Positions 1 to 13,200 are shown, counted from the first letter of the whole stretch. The stretch: DNA of 63,884 bases, filler included, from Lenisia limosa (GCA_001655205.1; 17 parts of 17 records of this genome joined end to end with filler, not necessarily neighbours in it), one strand, 5' to 3'. Numbers and translations are program-made. Notes: a model not told the origin generated them from the sequence alone.

Positions 1-57
1 GATTGATTGTTTTGACAAATATTGTAAATCTTGTATTTTTATTTTATGTTCTTCAAG

Positions 58-3000
58 AGAGGATCACAACAATGCTGCTTAATTTGCCCTTCCCCGTGAT
101 AAATAATATGGTAGCATCCCCAAAGTCTTATTTGTATATACCCCCCACCCCATTTTTAAAACGAGACATTTCTTTTACGTGAATATGATTTTTATTATTT
201 CTTATTTATAGATATGAGTTTATCTATATCATTATTTTGTTCTTATAGCTACACATTTTTGTTTTTTTTACTGACATTGAAGACTCAAATGTCGCATGTA
301 CTTCACCTTGCTCCGAGATGCGTAACTGGTAGGAGGAGTATCATTGACCTGGCATTTTTCTCTAAATTATACGTTACTGAATTGTCATGCACACCGCACA
401 TCCCTCACACACTGTCTCTCTCTCTCTCTCTCTCTCCCTTCACACTCCCCAGCCCTATCAGGTGGCCTGAATGCCCTCGTCAGTGTTGCGCGTGTCTGTC
501 CCATTCTATTGACTGTTGGGGGGGGGGGGGGNNNNNNNNNNNNNNNNNNNNNNNNNNNNNNNNNNNNNNNNNNNNNNNNNNNNNNNNNNNNNNNNNNNNN
601 NNNNNNNNNNNNNNNNNNNNNNNNNNNNNNNNNNNNNNNNNNNNNNNNNNNNNNNNNNNNNNNNNNNNNNNNNNNNNNNNNNNNNNNNNNNNNNNNNNNN
701 NNNNNNNNNNNNNNNNNNNNNNNNNNNNNNNNNNNCCACATGCTCCGTGCCGGCATTGACGAGTCTCGCGCATGGCTTGACTCCAAGGATGATGAGGATG
801 ATAGTGGTTAGCTTCGGGGGTTCTGAGGGAGACAGTGGGCGAGGTTAGGGCTAAATATATGGTATCCTTTTGTAAAACAAAAGAGGGGTATCAAATTGTA
901 TGAGATGGTGACTAGCTTTCAGAATGCTAAGTAGTTGTACTTGAAACAAAAATATAATTCAGTATTTCACCCTTACTTTTTATTTTTTATTTTTTTTGTT
1001 GTTGTTATTTTAAAAGCACTTCTTTTCAATCCTTGGGACTTATTTCTGTTTAGAGAGAGATTCAATTCTCAACTGTCTTCTTGAACTCATTGCGTGCTTC
1101 ACTGCAGGATCCACGGGTTGGTTGTTGGAATAGATTTGCATTCTGTAGAGGCACTCAGAAAGTGTGTGCACAGAGACCTTTACGCCAATATTCTTCAATA
1201 AATTTTCCTTCGTTAAACCCCTCCAGCCAATCAGGAGCTTCTGCTTTGGGGCTCACACCCTGCTCTCATCCATTTGATGACAGGGCTCTCAATGAACTAT
1301 TTCACTGATCGACTGTATGTATGGGACAGTTATTCCTCCGTTATGTGTGTTAACCCTCCTTCTTTTCTAACATTTCCTCTTCAATTTGTACAAACAGCTT
1401 TCCTCTTCAGTATGAAGATAAACTGATTATCCGTAATTTGTACAGTAACTGGTAACTGTTCATCCACAATATGTTAAGGCGTATGCTATTACAACTGTAG
1501 AAGTGACTCCTGACAGCTTCCTGTGCTTCTCTAACCCGTTATAGGAAACAAGACCTTCTCTTCCCGGCTCTGATTTCAGGCTCTCTTGGCAACCAAAACA
1601 TCATGAAAGTTTGTAGGGGAACACTATGTCTCTGCTTTTCTTTTTAAGATTATCTTGATAATTTTTTAAAAAAACTTGTTAACTATTTCAAAGACATCCT
1701 CTTATCCTCTTATACCACCAGTTTCTTAGATAACTTCTGTGAGCTATTTCCAATAACATCCACTTATACCACCAGGTTATTTGCTCGGAAATCTCACCTG
1801 ACATGCTCGTGGAATATCTAAAGCTACGAGTAGGCGATATTACCTTGCTTTTTTATTATTATTATTATTTTATTCGATTTATCCTTGTAATCATCAATAT
1901 CCCTGTGAGTATTAATATGATTACTCTGATGAGTATAGATTATGTTATTGTCATTATAGAGTTGCGATGTTGATTGCGCAGTTCTTCACTGAAAATCTAA
2001 CGTTTGAAGATATCAGAAGCGCCAGTAGAGCCCTCGAAATCTGAAACCGAACCTCTGTCATCAGTACGCCCCCCTTCCTTTCCTATATACTATGATGCTT
2101 TTCCTCTTTTTCTTCTTTTGTTTGTTTTTAGTAATCTACTTTGCCCTAACTCTATCTGTGCTAATCATCTTACTTCTGTTTTCCTTTATACTTTGTTGAG
2201 GCAGCATATATAATTGGGATACCCAACAGTGATTTATTAAGTATGTTCTCATTGAATTTTGAACCAAAGAAAACTCCTCCTCGTTAGAACTAGGATGAAC
2301 TTTGATATTGAGATGTGTATAGTGTATGAAGCTTTTTGGGCTGATCCAATGACCTTGTTGATCCACTCCATAATTGCGTCAGTTGGTTCAGCAGGTCCAT
2401 CTACGAGGTTAGAAATAACTGACACTTACCCGCACGCAAGGAAGCAGTTAACGTTTCCAAGTGTTTGACTTGCTCCTTTTCACTTTTGCAAAAAAAACGA
2501 AGTTGCTGCTTCGCAAAAAAAGATCTTCAGCTAATCTACTGTAAAAAATGGCAAGATAAACCTTCTGAAACTTCTGAAAGACCGGGAATCAAACTGTCTT
2601 ATGAAGCCTCAATGCGGTTTGACAGCTCTCCTGCGTAGCTCTGAATTGCAAATCCCACCTATGATATGCTGTATGACCTAATACAGCACACTGTCACTAT
2701 CATTTTTCAAACCAACATTAGCATGTGGAACAAGAAGAGGTCAGAAATCGTTCGGGAGACACGATCATCCGGGTACATTGCAAAGTCAACAATTGATTTC
2801 GCCAGGCAAGAAACCTTCCAAAATCTCCCCACAAAAGGCACAGCTTCTCTATGATTTGTTCCCATGCTTTGGTTCCAGTTGATTGTACGTTTAACTTAAG
2901 TATTTTCGTTATATCATTCAGATTATGCTGAACCAAATAATCTGCAGGTTTAACAATCGTGTTTCCGGTTTTTGGAACACTTAACTTCCAGCCATATATC

Positions 3001-3943
3001 TGAAGGAGTTAATGACCCGCTATGAAAATGAAAAAATCTTACATTGACAGGTCATATTTATACACATTGTAACTTCAAGGCCGACTTGGCGGAAGTCGGG
3101 TCACTTTGCCTCAAAGAGCCAGATCCCGGACCGGAAGGCAGGGGAAACGCTGAGAGAGCAGTTCTTGTCAGCAGGACAAGAGAGAAATCCGTTAGGCGTG
3201 TTATTTTTTATCTTGGTGAGCGGCTTTTTGACTTTCCAATGAGTAAGAGGCTCTCAACAAACCGCACTGCCTGTAATGATTTTTTCATATACTTCAAGGT
3301 TCTCAACATTGGATGTCTTAATGCACTCTTGAGCTAAAACTGGTTTATTGAGAAGCTCTTTGCTTTGAATGAAAGGTTGCAACATGGGAAGTACTCCAGA
3401 AAACTTAGTAGCTCAAGTTTTCCACGTGGTGTATATCGCAGTATTGCTTGAATGTCTCCAAGGTCAATCCTATTTCCTTTGCCTTGTTTTTCAGGCTTAT
3501 TTATACCAAACCTATTGCCTTCAAAGGAGTTGATTTTTTATTATTATTATTTTTTTTTTTTATATATTTTTTTTTTTATGTTCTCTGCTATTATCAAGTT
3601 TCAATCGTAACCAGACCAGGACATCCCCACTGAAGATGCAAAGAAACCAGCTAATGACTTGGATAGTTTCATGCTAAGCTGTAGGGAGGGTTCCAGATTG
3701 AAGTATAGTACATGAATTGTTTAAGGTGTTTAATGAATAATTTATTCTTTAATCCCCCCATTCCTAATAATACGGTTTGCTGCAATAATATGGGTGGTGA
3801 TTGTTAAGGCTTTTTTTTATACTCTACTAGCTCTACCAATTTCATCCCTGGAATACCGCCCGGAAGCAGATCTACTCAAAAGAGTGCTTCCCTTATCGGA
3901 GTGGCCCAAAGCAGTCGAATTCTATTCCAAATGTGGGTCTTAG
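58..3943 (+). CDS. SCAPER: SCAPER-like protein, C-terminal part (multi-exon, 5' partial)
   Basis: Spliced exons read ILNCLLELIACFTAGSTANQELLLWGSHPALIHLMTGLSMNYFTDRLKQDLLFPALISGSLGNQNIMKVICSEISPDMLVEYLK ... LLKRVLPLSEWPKAVEFY* (TAG 3941-3943). This follows the SCAPER C-terminal pattern from memory (VGYFTVNHPDNQ..QYFSDPRL..LFPSLI..EQEMS..LANRFP..W..A..FF). GT-AG junctions are phase-compatible. Confidence 0.72.
2400..3470 (-). pseudogene. Decayed coding-like segment inside a SCAPER intron
   Basis: Long protein-like frames (LGDIQAILRYTPRGKLELLSF..GIWLFEAK*; GTKAWEQIIEKLCLLW) are broken by stops and frameshifts. Family not securely recognised. Confidence 0.3.
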
Positions 3944-4077
3944 TTCTCTCTTCCAGTGTTACTGTTTGTATCCTTTTCCTTCCCTCTCGGATATTGTTTG
4001 GCAACGTTGCGTTCTCATCCCTTCAGAATCCAAACAAGGTGTATACTAGTTTTAGATGTAGCGTGATGTTGTATATT

Positions 4078-6099
4078 TTATTTGCTTGAGGTCTTTTCGT
4101 TGTACTATTATAAATGTATTTTCTCCACGAAAATTGGCAAGTGGAGTTTGTGAGTCCGTCAGACATCCAAGGTGGAGTTTGATGTGTTCAAATACCTAGG
4201 TACCTTATGTTGGACTCACCAAAAATGCTCTCAGTTGAAAAATGTGTGGTTTTATCATCGCTTCGATAATGGTGTGGATTCGACTGTTTGAGACATCCTG
4301 ACAGGCTTATTTTTGGTGGGATTTCACGTACCCCACGTACGTTTTTGCCTTTGAATAATAAAGAGATAAATAATACCACAAAAACATCTAACACAAAAAC
4401 TCGATTCAAAACAAACATACACCCACCCCTCCTTAATCAAATCCCACCATTGATTCGTCCTTATTTTGGATATCAGCTAAAGCTTGCTGTCGCTTCACAT
4501 CTAGTTCCTAACAGAGATTAATGGAAAGTGAGTCCCAATAATACGTTGATGAGACTCAATTGGTTTTTTTGTGATATTCTTGTGCGGGGACTGGTTTGTG
4601 GAGTGAATGACGTTTATCCTTTTTTCTTCCAATAATTTTTGAATATTTATCCAATATCTCTTATAAGGGGGTGATGCGGATTCGGACATATACCCCTATT
4701 TCTCATCTCGATGTTTTGCTCTAAAAACAACATATTCTCCCCCACTTGATATTTCTGGCCTTCCCTAATGCCAAGGACAAGGGCTGTGATAAACACAAGA
4801 GGGACTGAAACCAGAAGGAAGAAGACAAAAAACAGCACTGGCGTCTAAGAGGTTAAATTACTACGACGACTTATAAATAAAGGACTTTTGAAACAAATAA
4901 ATAACCAGGGGAGATAGAGTACATAGTATAGTCTACATTATTCTGACTTCCTACCTCGTATTTTGGACGAATGCTCCCAAGGTAGGCGTTGCCCACCAGG
5001 AGAATTACCGTGTTGACAAAGAGCGAAAATCCGTCCTAGGGAGGGGGCGGTGGTAAAGTAATGAAGGTAGTAATGTGGTCGGTATAACCGGAACGAATAC
5101 GCACAAATGAGACTCAAGTACGTATCTTTGAATGAGCAAGCTTAAAGTACGCTTGATCATTGGACGAGCAAGCTCAACATACGGTTGAGATTCTAGAAGA
5201 GATACAATTCCCAAAACAAGAAAGAATTTTCAATAATTGTATATCATATATCTAAAAAAACTACTCGTAAAAAGCCCAGAGCCAAACGCCACTTACGAGG
5301 AAATTGAAGACAGGTGAACGGAAGGGCAAAACTTGGATGTGGAGAAACAGTGTACACATAAGGAGCGTACAACCCACGCTGACCTAAAGCGCATTATACG
5401 GTTCAAAGGACTGATCATCACCACCCCTCCATCCCCAGCATGTTTTCAAATATTTATCCAAAGTCATATTCCATTTTAACTCCATCGGGGGCAGTCTACC
5501 TGAAGTTGCGGTCTTGAACTGAGGAAAAGTACACAGACAACCACGATGAGCTTCCTCATCAATATAAAAAACTCCCAGAGAATAGAAGCCTTCGTGTATC
5601 TGTCGTGTTAGAAAATTCAGGGAAGTAGGCTGGTTTTTAACATAAGAAGACGATAAGCATAACCACAAGAGCAAAAAAAAACCTGTCCATCCATGCCAAA
5701 CCGGGCATAAATGAAGCCGCAAGTCGAGTATCGCATGGTATGGTAAGGGTCACGGCGTGCCCAAAGTGCCGCAGCCACAATGCCCATCGGGACAAACATA
5801 ATCACAAAGACAGCTGAGGCCTGGGGGGGGGGGNNNNNNNNNNNNNNNNNNNNNNNNNNNNNNNNNNNNNNNNNNNNNNNNNNNNNNNNNNNNNNNNNNN
5901 NNNNNNNAATCAACTGTGTTTTTTTTGATTAACAACACACGATAGCAAAATGGTCTTGATTTGGTATTTCTGTGTTTTATAACACACACAAGCGCGTGAT
6001 GATGATCCCTACTATAGCGATGGGCTGGAAAGAAAGGTGCTGTCCTGTGTAGCACTGTACGGTGGGTGCGGAGTCCAGGGTGAATGTACCAGGTCCTTG
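4078..6099 (-). CDS. Multi-pass membrane protein, C-terminal TM region of the type found in large protist surface proteins (5' partial)
   Basis: Exons read TLDSAPTVQCYTGQH, RYSTCGFIYARYTKASILWEFFILMRKLIVVVCVLFLSSRPQLQ, VSVGCTLLMCTLFLHIQVLPFRSPVFN and further hydrophobic segments. This matches the D..I.C..H / YGFLY.Y...YWE...RK / LPF...N pattern. Confidence 0.65.
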
Positions 6100-6327
6100 C
6101 TGGGGAGAGTAAGTATTGTCATGGTCTCGGGAGCTTCTGTTTTGGGTAGCCAAACCAAACCAATGTTACATACTATTGTATACAGATGATATAATTCATA
6201 TTGGAGTTATATTACATATGATGATAAGGCGACCCCCCTGAGTGCGAATTCCAACCTGAGTGCGAATTCCAACCTGAGTGCGANNNNNNNNNNNNNNNNN
6301 NNNNNNNNNNNNNNNNNNNNNNNNNNN

Positions 6328-6339
6328 TTAATTAATTAA
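6328..6339. other. Artificial scaffold linker TTAATTAATTAA within N runs (16 occurrences: ~6328, 10226, 13818, 18253, 19669, 22345, 26728, 28015, 29715, 33764, 36055, 38882, 42565, 54676, 56156, 61531)
   Basis: The identical 12-mer has stops in all six frames and is always embedded in Ns. Genes are truncated at these points. Confidence 0.97.
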
Positions 6340-7475
6340 NNNNNNNNNNNNNNNNNNNNNNNNNNNNNNNNNNNNNNNNNNNNTATATATATTATATATA
6401 TATTTATTTCTTGGTGATTAAAACCGCGAACAAACGATCCCTTCAATAACACACACTTATTAGTTGGGAAAATCAACAGTGTCCACAGGGTTATCAATAA
6501 TATCAAAACACAGCAACTGTGACCAAAAAGAAGACAAAAATAACAAGACAGAAAACGTTTTTATAAAGAAGAATTTTTAAACAGGTTGCCTTGACCGAAA
6601 GTCAACATCATCATGCGTACAAATGTATGATATCATTAATTTGTTGAGATGAGAAAAAAAAACAATAGGTCTGTAGGATGTAATTTTTCATTCGTTTAGC
6701 GAGCCAAAAGGCATGGAAGGTAAAGAGGCCGATGAGGTTGCAAGGAAAGCATGTGTAGAATTCTTCTCAATTGAAGCAATCATTTCAAGATATGCTACTG
6801 TTTGTCGCCATTTCTTTGACAAAATATCAAAAGATGGTCATCCTGTGGAAGATTCTTTGATAGCTTCGATGGCAAGTCGAGAGCATCAGTGCTGTCTGTG
6901 ATGAACCTTGCAGGCCAAATGCTAGGAACTGCCTACATATTGGGTGGTGCCTAAATTGAAGAGGAAGCCCTTGAAAGAAAGAAAGCTGGGAACCAACCTA
7001 AAGAGAGAGAACTCCCTCCTGCACCTTGGCATTGAGCCAATTTGGAACTAATTGAAGGCTATGATGAGGAAAACATTCTTGGAACTGTTAAAATTCCTCA
7101 GACGTCAGAGAAGGTATTGCTTGAACACTGATCAAGAAGTTTTATAACTTTTGCGATATTTTTTGATTTTCGACCCATATGTTCTAAAAAGTTCGATACT
7201 TGCCTAATCGGGAAAACAGGGTTTAAAAAGTCGAAACAACTGTCGTTACTCATTGTACGGCCCTTTAAAACACCCAATAACTTCAGAAACAGAAAGCCAG
7301 ATCCCCAAAACCCTTAAAGAAAGTTTTGAACTTATGTTTTTTTTTTAAGTTCAGTNNNNNNNNNNNNNNNNNNNNNNNNNNNNNNNNNNNNNNNNNNNNN
7401 NNNNNNNNNNNNNNNNNNNNNNNNNNNTTTTTTGAAAAAAAAAACTTATGGAATTCCAAAAGTTGTCATTTTTAA

Positions 7476-8252
7476 ATGAAAGGCGACGTAAGCGTATTGG
7501 CATGTGTTGGTGTTCAGCCGGCTGAGGCTCAGAATTGGAGGAGGCTTCGTGGAAGTTATCAAGATCTAACTAAGAGAAGTACTTATCGTTGGTGCAAGGA
7601 AGTACAAGATGGAAAGATTGTCGAGAACATCAAGCCCACTGGAAGGCCAAGAACGACCACCAAGGAGCAAGATGAGAGAATAGTGTAGAAAGTTTCTAAT
7701 GAACCAATGAAGCTTGTTACTCAACACAAGGAGCTGAAAAGTGAAGGTATTGTGCTATCCGAGTACATAAAGCGATGCAGACTCAATAGCGCTGGATANN
7801 NNNNNNNNNNNNNNNNNNNNNNNNNNNNNNNNNNNNNNNNNNNNNNNNNNNNNNNNNNNNNNNNNNNNNNNNNNNNNNNNNNNNNNNNNNNNNNNNNNNN
7901 NNNNNNNNNNNNNNNNNNNNNNNNNNNNNNNNNNNNNNNNNNNNNNNNNNNNNNNNNNNNNNNNNNNNNNNNNNNNNNNNNNNNNNNNNNNNNNNNNNNN
8001 NNNNNACGCTACTTCGGCCCCCTACGAGCAACTAGATTGACCTGCACAGAGCACCGACCTGAACCCAATTGAGCATGCGTGGTACTTTTTCGACCGAGAA
8101 CTTCGTGCGTCTGGTGTCAAGCCAACATCAGAATCGGATATGATGGACAATTTACAAGACGCTAGTCCATGCCTAGTGTCCGTTTCGTCAATTTTCGATT
8201 TTTTTGTTTTAATTGTGAAAAATTATAAAAAAAATCTTTTTGCCAATACTTA
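7476..8252 (+). mobile_element. Tc1-family DNA transposon, defective transposase (central part in N gap)
   Basis: HTH region RSTYRWCKEVQDGKIVENIKPTGRPRTTTKEQDERIV* is followed by D*PAQSTDLNPIEHAW (WPxxSPDLNPIE motif with W mutated to TGA). A Tc1-like terminus lies at ~8230-8252 (reverse complement TAAGTATTGGCAAAAAGA). Confidence 0.85.
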
Positions 8253-8559
8253 TCTAACTGAATTATCTTGGTAGTGTCTTTTTCCAAAACGTAACATCTT
8301 CTTCTTCACTCTTCTGTTTACTGTTACAATAACTGACCTATATTGTTCACAGAATGGGGATAGAAATCTGTTATCTCCATTTTCTGAACAAGGGAAATGT
8401 TGGTCAAAACGTTGAAAAAGTTGGCATCTAAAAAATCTTGTCATTGTACCCATTATTTACCATCATATCATACTATTTGAATCTGTATAAACTTTGTAAA
8501 AATACTCATATATATGACCTTACACCAGCACCACGACAATACTACTACCTCAATTGCAA

Positions 8560-8944
8560 TTAAGATGGTTCAGTCGTTGTTTTATTGTGGCAAATACAGT
8601 AGAACTTCAGTTTTCAAAACGACCCTTCGGAATAATTCCGCAGGGTAGTTTTTCGTATGAAACAGCTCTAACATGCAAATATTAAAAATGAGTAAAAAAG
8701 GGCCTGGAATGTGCCTAACCGAGGCTATATGAGTCGAAAACTGCAAAAACTAGACAATGGTGCAGTACTGGATGTGCCTACTTGACGGGAATAATGTAAA
8801 TTCTCAAATATCATGTTTAAACCGCAAAAAATAAATAAAAAAATGTAGAAGGCAAAAAGGTCCAAAATTGGAACAACCTAAGGAGTCGGGAAAATGGTCT
8901 TATAAAATATTTTGCAAAACAAAACAGTGACTGAACCACCTTAA
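8560..8944. mobile_element. Non-autonomous TIR element flanked by TTAA
   Basis: TTAA-GATGGTTCAGTCGTTGTTTTATTGTGGCAAATA ... TATTTTGCAAAACAAAACAGTGACTGAACCACC-TTAA gives ~33 bp imperfect TIRs around a 377 bp body with no ORF. Confidence 0.75.
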
Positions 8945-10281
8945 TTTTTTTTGAAAATAACTGAAAACAATTGCTAATTCATTGAAAAAGTAATTGCTAA
9001 ATATTCATTTAGCTGAAAATCACCTGCCAACCCTCCTTGTTAAGTGTTCCATTTACCTGAAGAAGGAGAGTCTGGGGCTGGGGGTTGGGGAACCTCGCCT
9101 AAAAAAACAAAACATAAAAAAAGAGCCATATAGTCTGGGTTTGTTGAAACGTACACTTACCACATACCTAAAGGAGGGGGTGGAGGCGGAGGTAGAGGTG
9201 ACATCCCACCTAAATAGTTATAATAATGGAGAACAATTTGTTTTCAAAAAAGAAACGAGAAAAAAAAATAATAGAATATGACAAGGGGAAATCGGAAAAA
9301 CAAACTGAAAATATATCGATAGATTATATAGTATACATATATTAATTATGTATAAATTATATCGTATATTATATCTGCAAAATTATATATAGATATATGA
9401 TAGTCAAAGCTCCGGACATCATTCAAAATTCACCGACACATCAAAACTCCCGGACAGATTGAGTTTTCCATATAATCCCTATTCCCTTTTGTTTTCGAAA
9501 GTAATCTCAATCTTAATCAAAGGATGAAACCCCAATTTCACATATTGTCGCCAAAACCAAATTAATTCCCTTTGATCTCTATTTACGGTCCAAATACTGT
9601 CAAAAACACGCAAAAACCGTTATAAAAGACCACATTCAAAGATAAATAGCAACTATCCGGGGAAAGTTTACCCATATAGTATATGCTAAGACCATTTAAT
9701 CCGATTATATCCGATTATTGGGTGTTCTTTTTAGAAATTGGCCTCTAAAAACGTAAAAATCTATTGAATACCACAAAAAACTGAAAAAAAATACTAAAGA
9801 ATGACCAAATTGATAATTTTCTAAAAATTCTACGAAAATTTATACCCGGGGCCAGGGACCCGGGGTCCCTTTTTTGAAAGACAGGTCTCTTGCTGTTTTT
9901 GGTGTTTTAAGTTGTTCTTAAATTCCGGGAAAAATTTGTGGAAGTAACATAACTTTTATGACATTTTTGTGAATTTGACCCCAAAAATTCCAGAAAGTTC
10001 CTTACTTGCCTAATTGGGAAAACAGGGGTTTAATCGAAATGACAGCCTTTTCCTATCCCTTTACAACTAGAAACCGAAAGCCAGACCCCTAAAACCCTTG
10101 AAATGGTCGAATCAGATTTTATAGTGACTTTAGTAGGCTCGAGATATACTAAAGCCTGACATTTTGATCATAATCAAGTGANNNNNNNNNNNNNNNNNNN
10201 NNNNNNNNNNNNNNNNNNNNNNNNNTTAATTAATTAANNNNNNNNNNNNNNNNNNNNNNNNNNNNNNNNNNNNNNNNNNNN

Positions 10282-13200
10282 AAGCTCTGATTTGGCAGTG
10301 TTTGGAGCTGAGGTAGACACTCAAGGAGAAGTGCAGAAAAGTCAGCCTAAAATGTGATATGTAATTAAAAATTTGCCTCTTTGTTTTTGGATAATTGGGC
10401 AGATAAATATGCATAAATATACTTTCAATTTAGGCTAAAATCGGCTTATTTTTTGGTAAACGAGATAAACTCTAGGGGGTAGGAATCTGCCTAAAGATAG
10501 TATTTAAGGTAATTTGATAAATTTAATTCGATTGGGCTGAAATACATACTTTACGCTCAAAAATTTGATTTGTGGGAGGAGGTAAGCCTAAATATGGCAA
10601 TATTTCATTTTCACCCCCCCCCCTACGGCCATGAGTATTTGCGCGCAATCTTGCTGGAGCGCAAGCGCAATGATGCAGTGGATTCCGGCTAAATGGTGAG
10701 AATCAAAAATTAAATGTCTCGTAGCGAGCATTTGGGAAACAAGAGTAAAAACAAACAAAGCCCAGGCCAGAATGTTATGTAGCTCCACATTTAAATAATG
10801 AAATTATGTCATATTATTAAAATGAAGGATATTTTGATAAAGAATACTCGCGTAAGGTACTCCCTAATCACAAAACATATAATCTGCAACTCCAAACAAA
10901 CAAACAAAAAAACAACAGAACAGAACCAAGCAATAACACACCAACACTAAAACTAGTCAAAAATTAGAACCCTGGCACTTGGGCTTCACTTTGGTTCGAA
11001 AAAAGACTGAATTTCTCGATAAATCCTCGATGAATATCGATATTTCCGGTGTTTTTCGAACCGAAGTGAAACCCTACCTGGTGTACCCCTAAAATATCCG
11101 GGTACCCCCCACTCGGCCAGGTGTGCTTGTTGTCCTCCTCTGACGAGAATATCCGCAGAAGTGTTTTGATTCTAAATTCGTAAAAATAACCTTGGAAAGA
11201 CAAACGGAAGATTTTCAAATTTTGGAATAAGAGTGAAAACAAACATAAATCCTTTTAAGCCCCCCCTCCATGTCACCCACATTATATCCCCATTCCTTAC
11301 CTCTACCACCTACAGTGACCGGGATAAGTCGTGACCGATTTGCTCCATGATTTCCCAAGGAAAATTGGTCAAAACTTATCCTAGTCAGTGTATTTACATC
11401 TATGTTTTCGTCGTGCGACCAACCCCTAGTCCCAGTATTTTTATTTTATTTTTTGTTTTTCCTCTTTTCTTTAATAAATAAACATTTCCTCACTTGCAAC
11501 CCTTGCAATCCCCCCTCCAAGTGCCCACAGGCCAAAGTCTCGCAAAGTTTGAAGGGCCCTCTTTTGATCTTCGCAGGGGTTGCAGAGCATGTCATATACC
11601 CTATTAGGAAGGTAAAGAACCCACAAATATTATTTAAAGAAGATCAAGAAGTAATAATTATAACCCTATAAGGAAGGTGAAGAAGTAACAAATATTATCC
11701 TATAAGGGGTGAAGTAGAACTTTTTACCCTATTAGCAAAGAAATAACATATTATGTGTAAGTTATATTACCATAAAGGAAGGTGAAGAACTATCATTTAC
11801 CCTATAAGGAAGGTAAGAAACTTCGGTATACTTTTAGTTGCAAGAATGTCGATATTTATCGGGGAGTTATCGATAATTTAGCCTTGAACTGAAAGTGAAG
11901 CTCTGTTCTAAATAAGGAAATTTGGGGAAGTGAAAAAATGAAGGCAATTCCGTATAAGAAAGTGGTGTACAGAAGTAGGTCATATAATTAAAGAGATGAA
12001 ATATCAAACAACGGTGTATCTGACCGAAGCCGTCCACTAAGATTACAGTGTAATATTAATTCACCCAATTATTATACTAGTATGCCTATATATGATAGCA
12101 ATGAGAAATAAAAAAAAAAAAGAAGGTTGTATCGGCCAAAGCCGCCCACACCATCACGCTTCTATAAGAGATATTGGATTATAGTATCTTTTTAATTCAC
12201 CCAATTATTTGCCTTACATTTACCATAATTATTTCAACATGTATTTTATTCCATTGCTTTCATACAATAGCCCAATTAATAATACTGCGTTCCACTCACC
12301 ATCCCAGTTTAGCAAGTCCCTTAGCAGGAACAAGCGAGGACGCTATCAGTTTGTCTGCACTGCGAACGGACATGGGCATTAATCCAATACCTATTTAGGG
12401 GAGTAAAACAAAGGAAATTTTGATGAAGAATATTGGCCTTAAGGTACAAGTCACACCAAATCATCTTAAACTCCAAAAAAAAAAACATGATCCCAATGTT
12501 ACTACTAGACAAAAACCAGATGACAAAAATATGGGGGGGGGGGGGGNNNNNNNNNNNNNNNNNNNNNNNNNNNNNNNNNNNNNNNNNNNNNNNNNNNNNN
12601 NNNNNNNNNNNNNNNNNNNNNNNNNNNNNNNNGACAGGACTTGCACACCGATGATATGGGCGAGGCACACGAGGGTTGTTCCTTTGTCTGCGCTTGTAGC
12701 TACGGTTTTGCCTGCTTAATTAGACATGTAGATGATGATGGTGGTGATGAAGAAGAGGAGGAGGAGAAGAAGAAGAAGAGAAAATGAGAAGAGAAAGAGG
12801 AGGAGAAAAACAAGTATAGAATAAAAATAAGAACAAGAGGAAGAATAACTAAAAGAAACAAACAATAAGAAAAAGAGGAAGACGCTAACACGTTCCCAAC
12901 TTCTGGGTCCCGTTTACCAGCTAGGATGTCGAGAAGGACTTTAAGAAGTGGAGTGTGAGGACTTTGTCCAGATTGAGTGGAAACAATGTGAGAAAGCGAT
13001 GAAGGGTGCAGCGTAAGTCCTGCCAGAACTCTACAGGGGGGGGGGGGGGNNNNNNNNNNNNNNNNNNNNNNNNNNNNNNNNNNNNNNNNNNNNNNNNNNN
13101 NNNNNNNNNNNNNNNNNNNNNNNNNNNNNNNNNNNNNNNTCTGTTGGCTCACAACACACGAGGGTTGATAACAATAAAACAAACAAAGCCCAGGCCTGTC

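Noticed and set aside
214-848. Many listed ORFs containing X runs or poly-G/poly-P
   Set aside because: They are artefacts of translating N gaps and the homopolymer G/C tracts that border them.
7980-8100. TGA = Trp recoding (TGA at a conserved W in Tc1 and in other relics)
   Set aside because: Intact genes use TGG for Trp and end in TGA or TAG (Vps4_C-like TGA, DDB1 TAG, SCAPER TAG). In-frame stops are confined to decayed elements and fit ordinary transitions.
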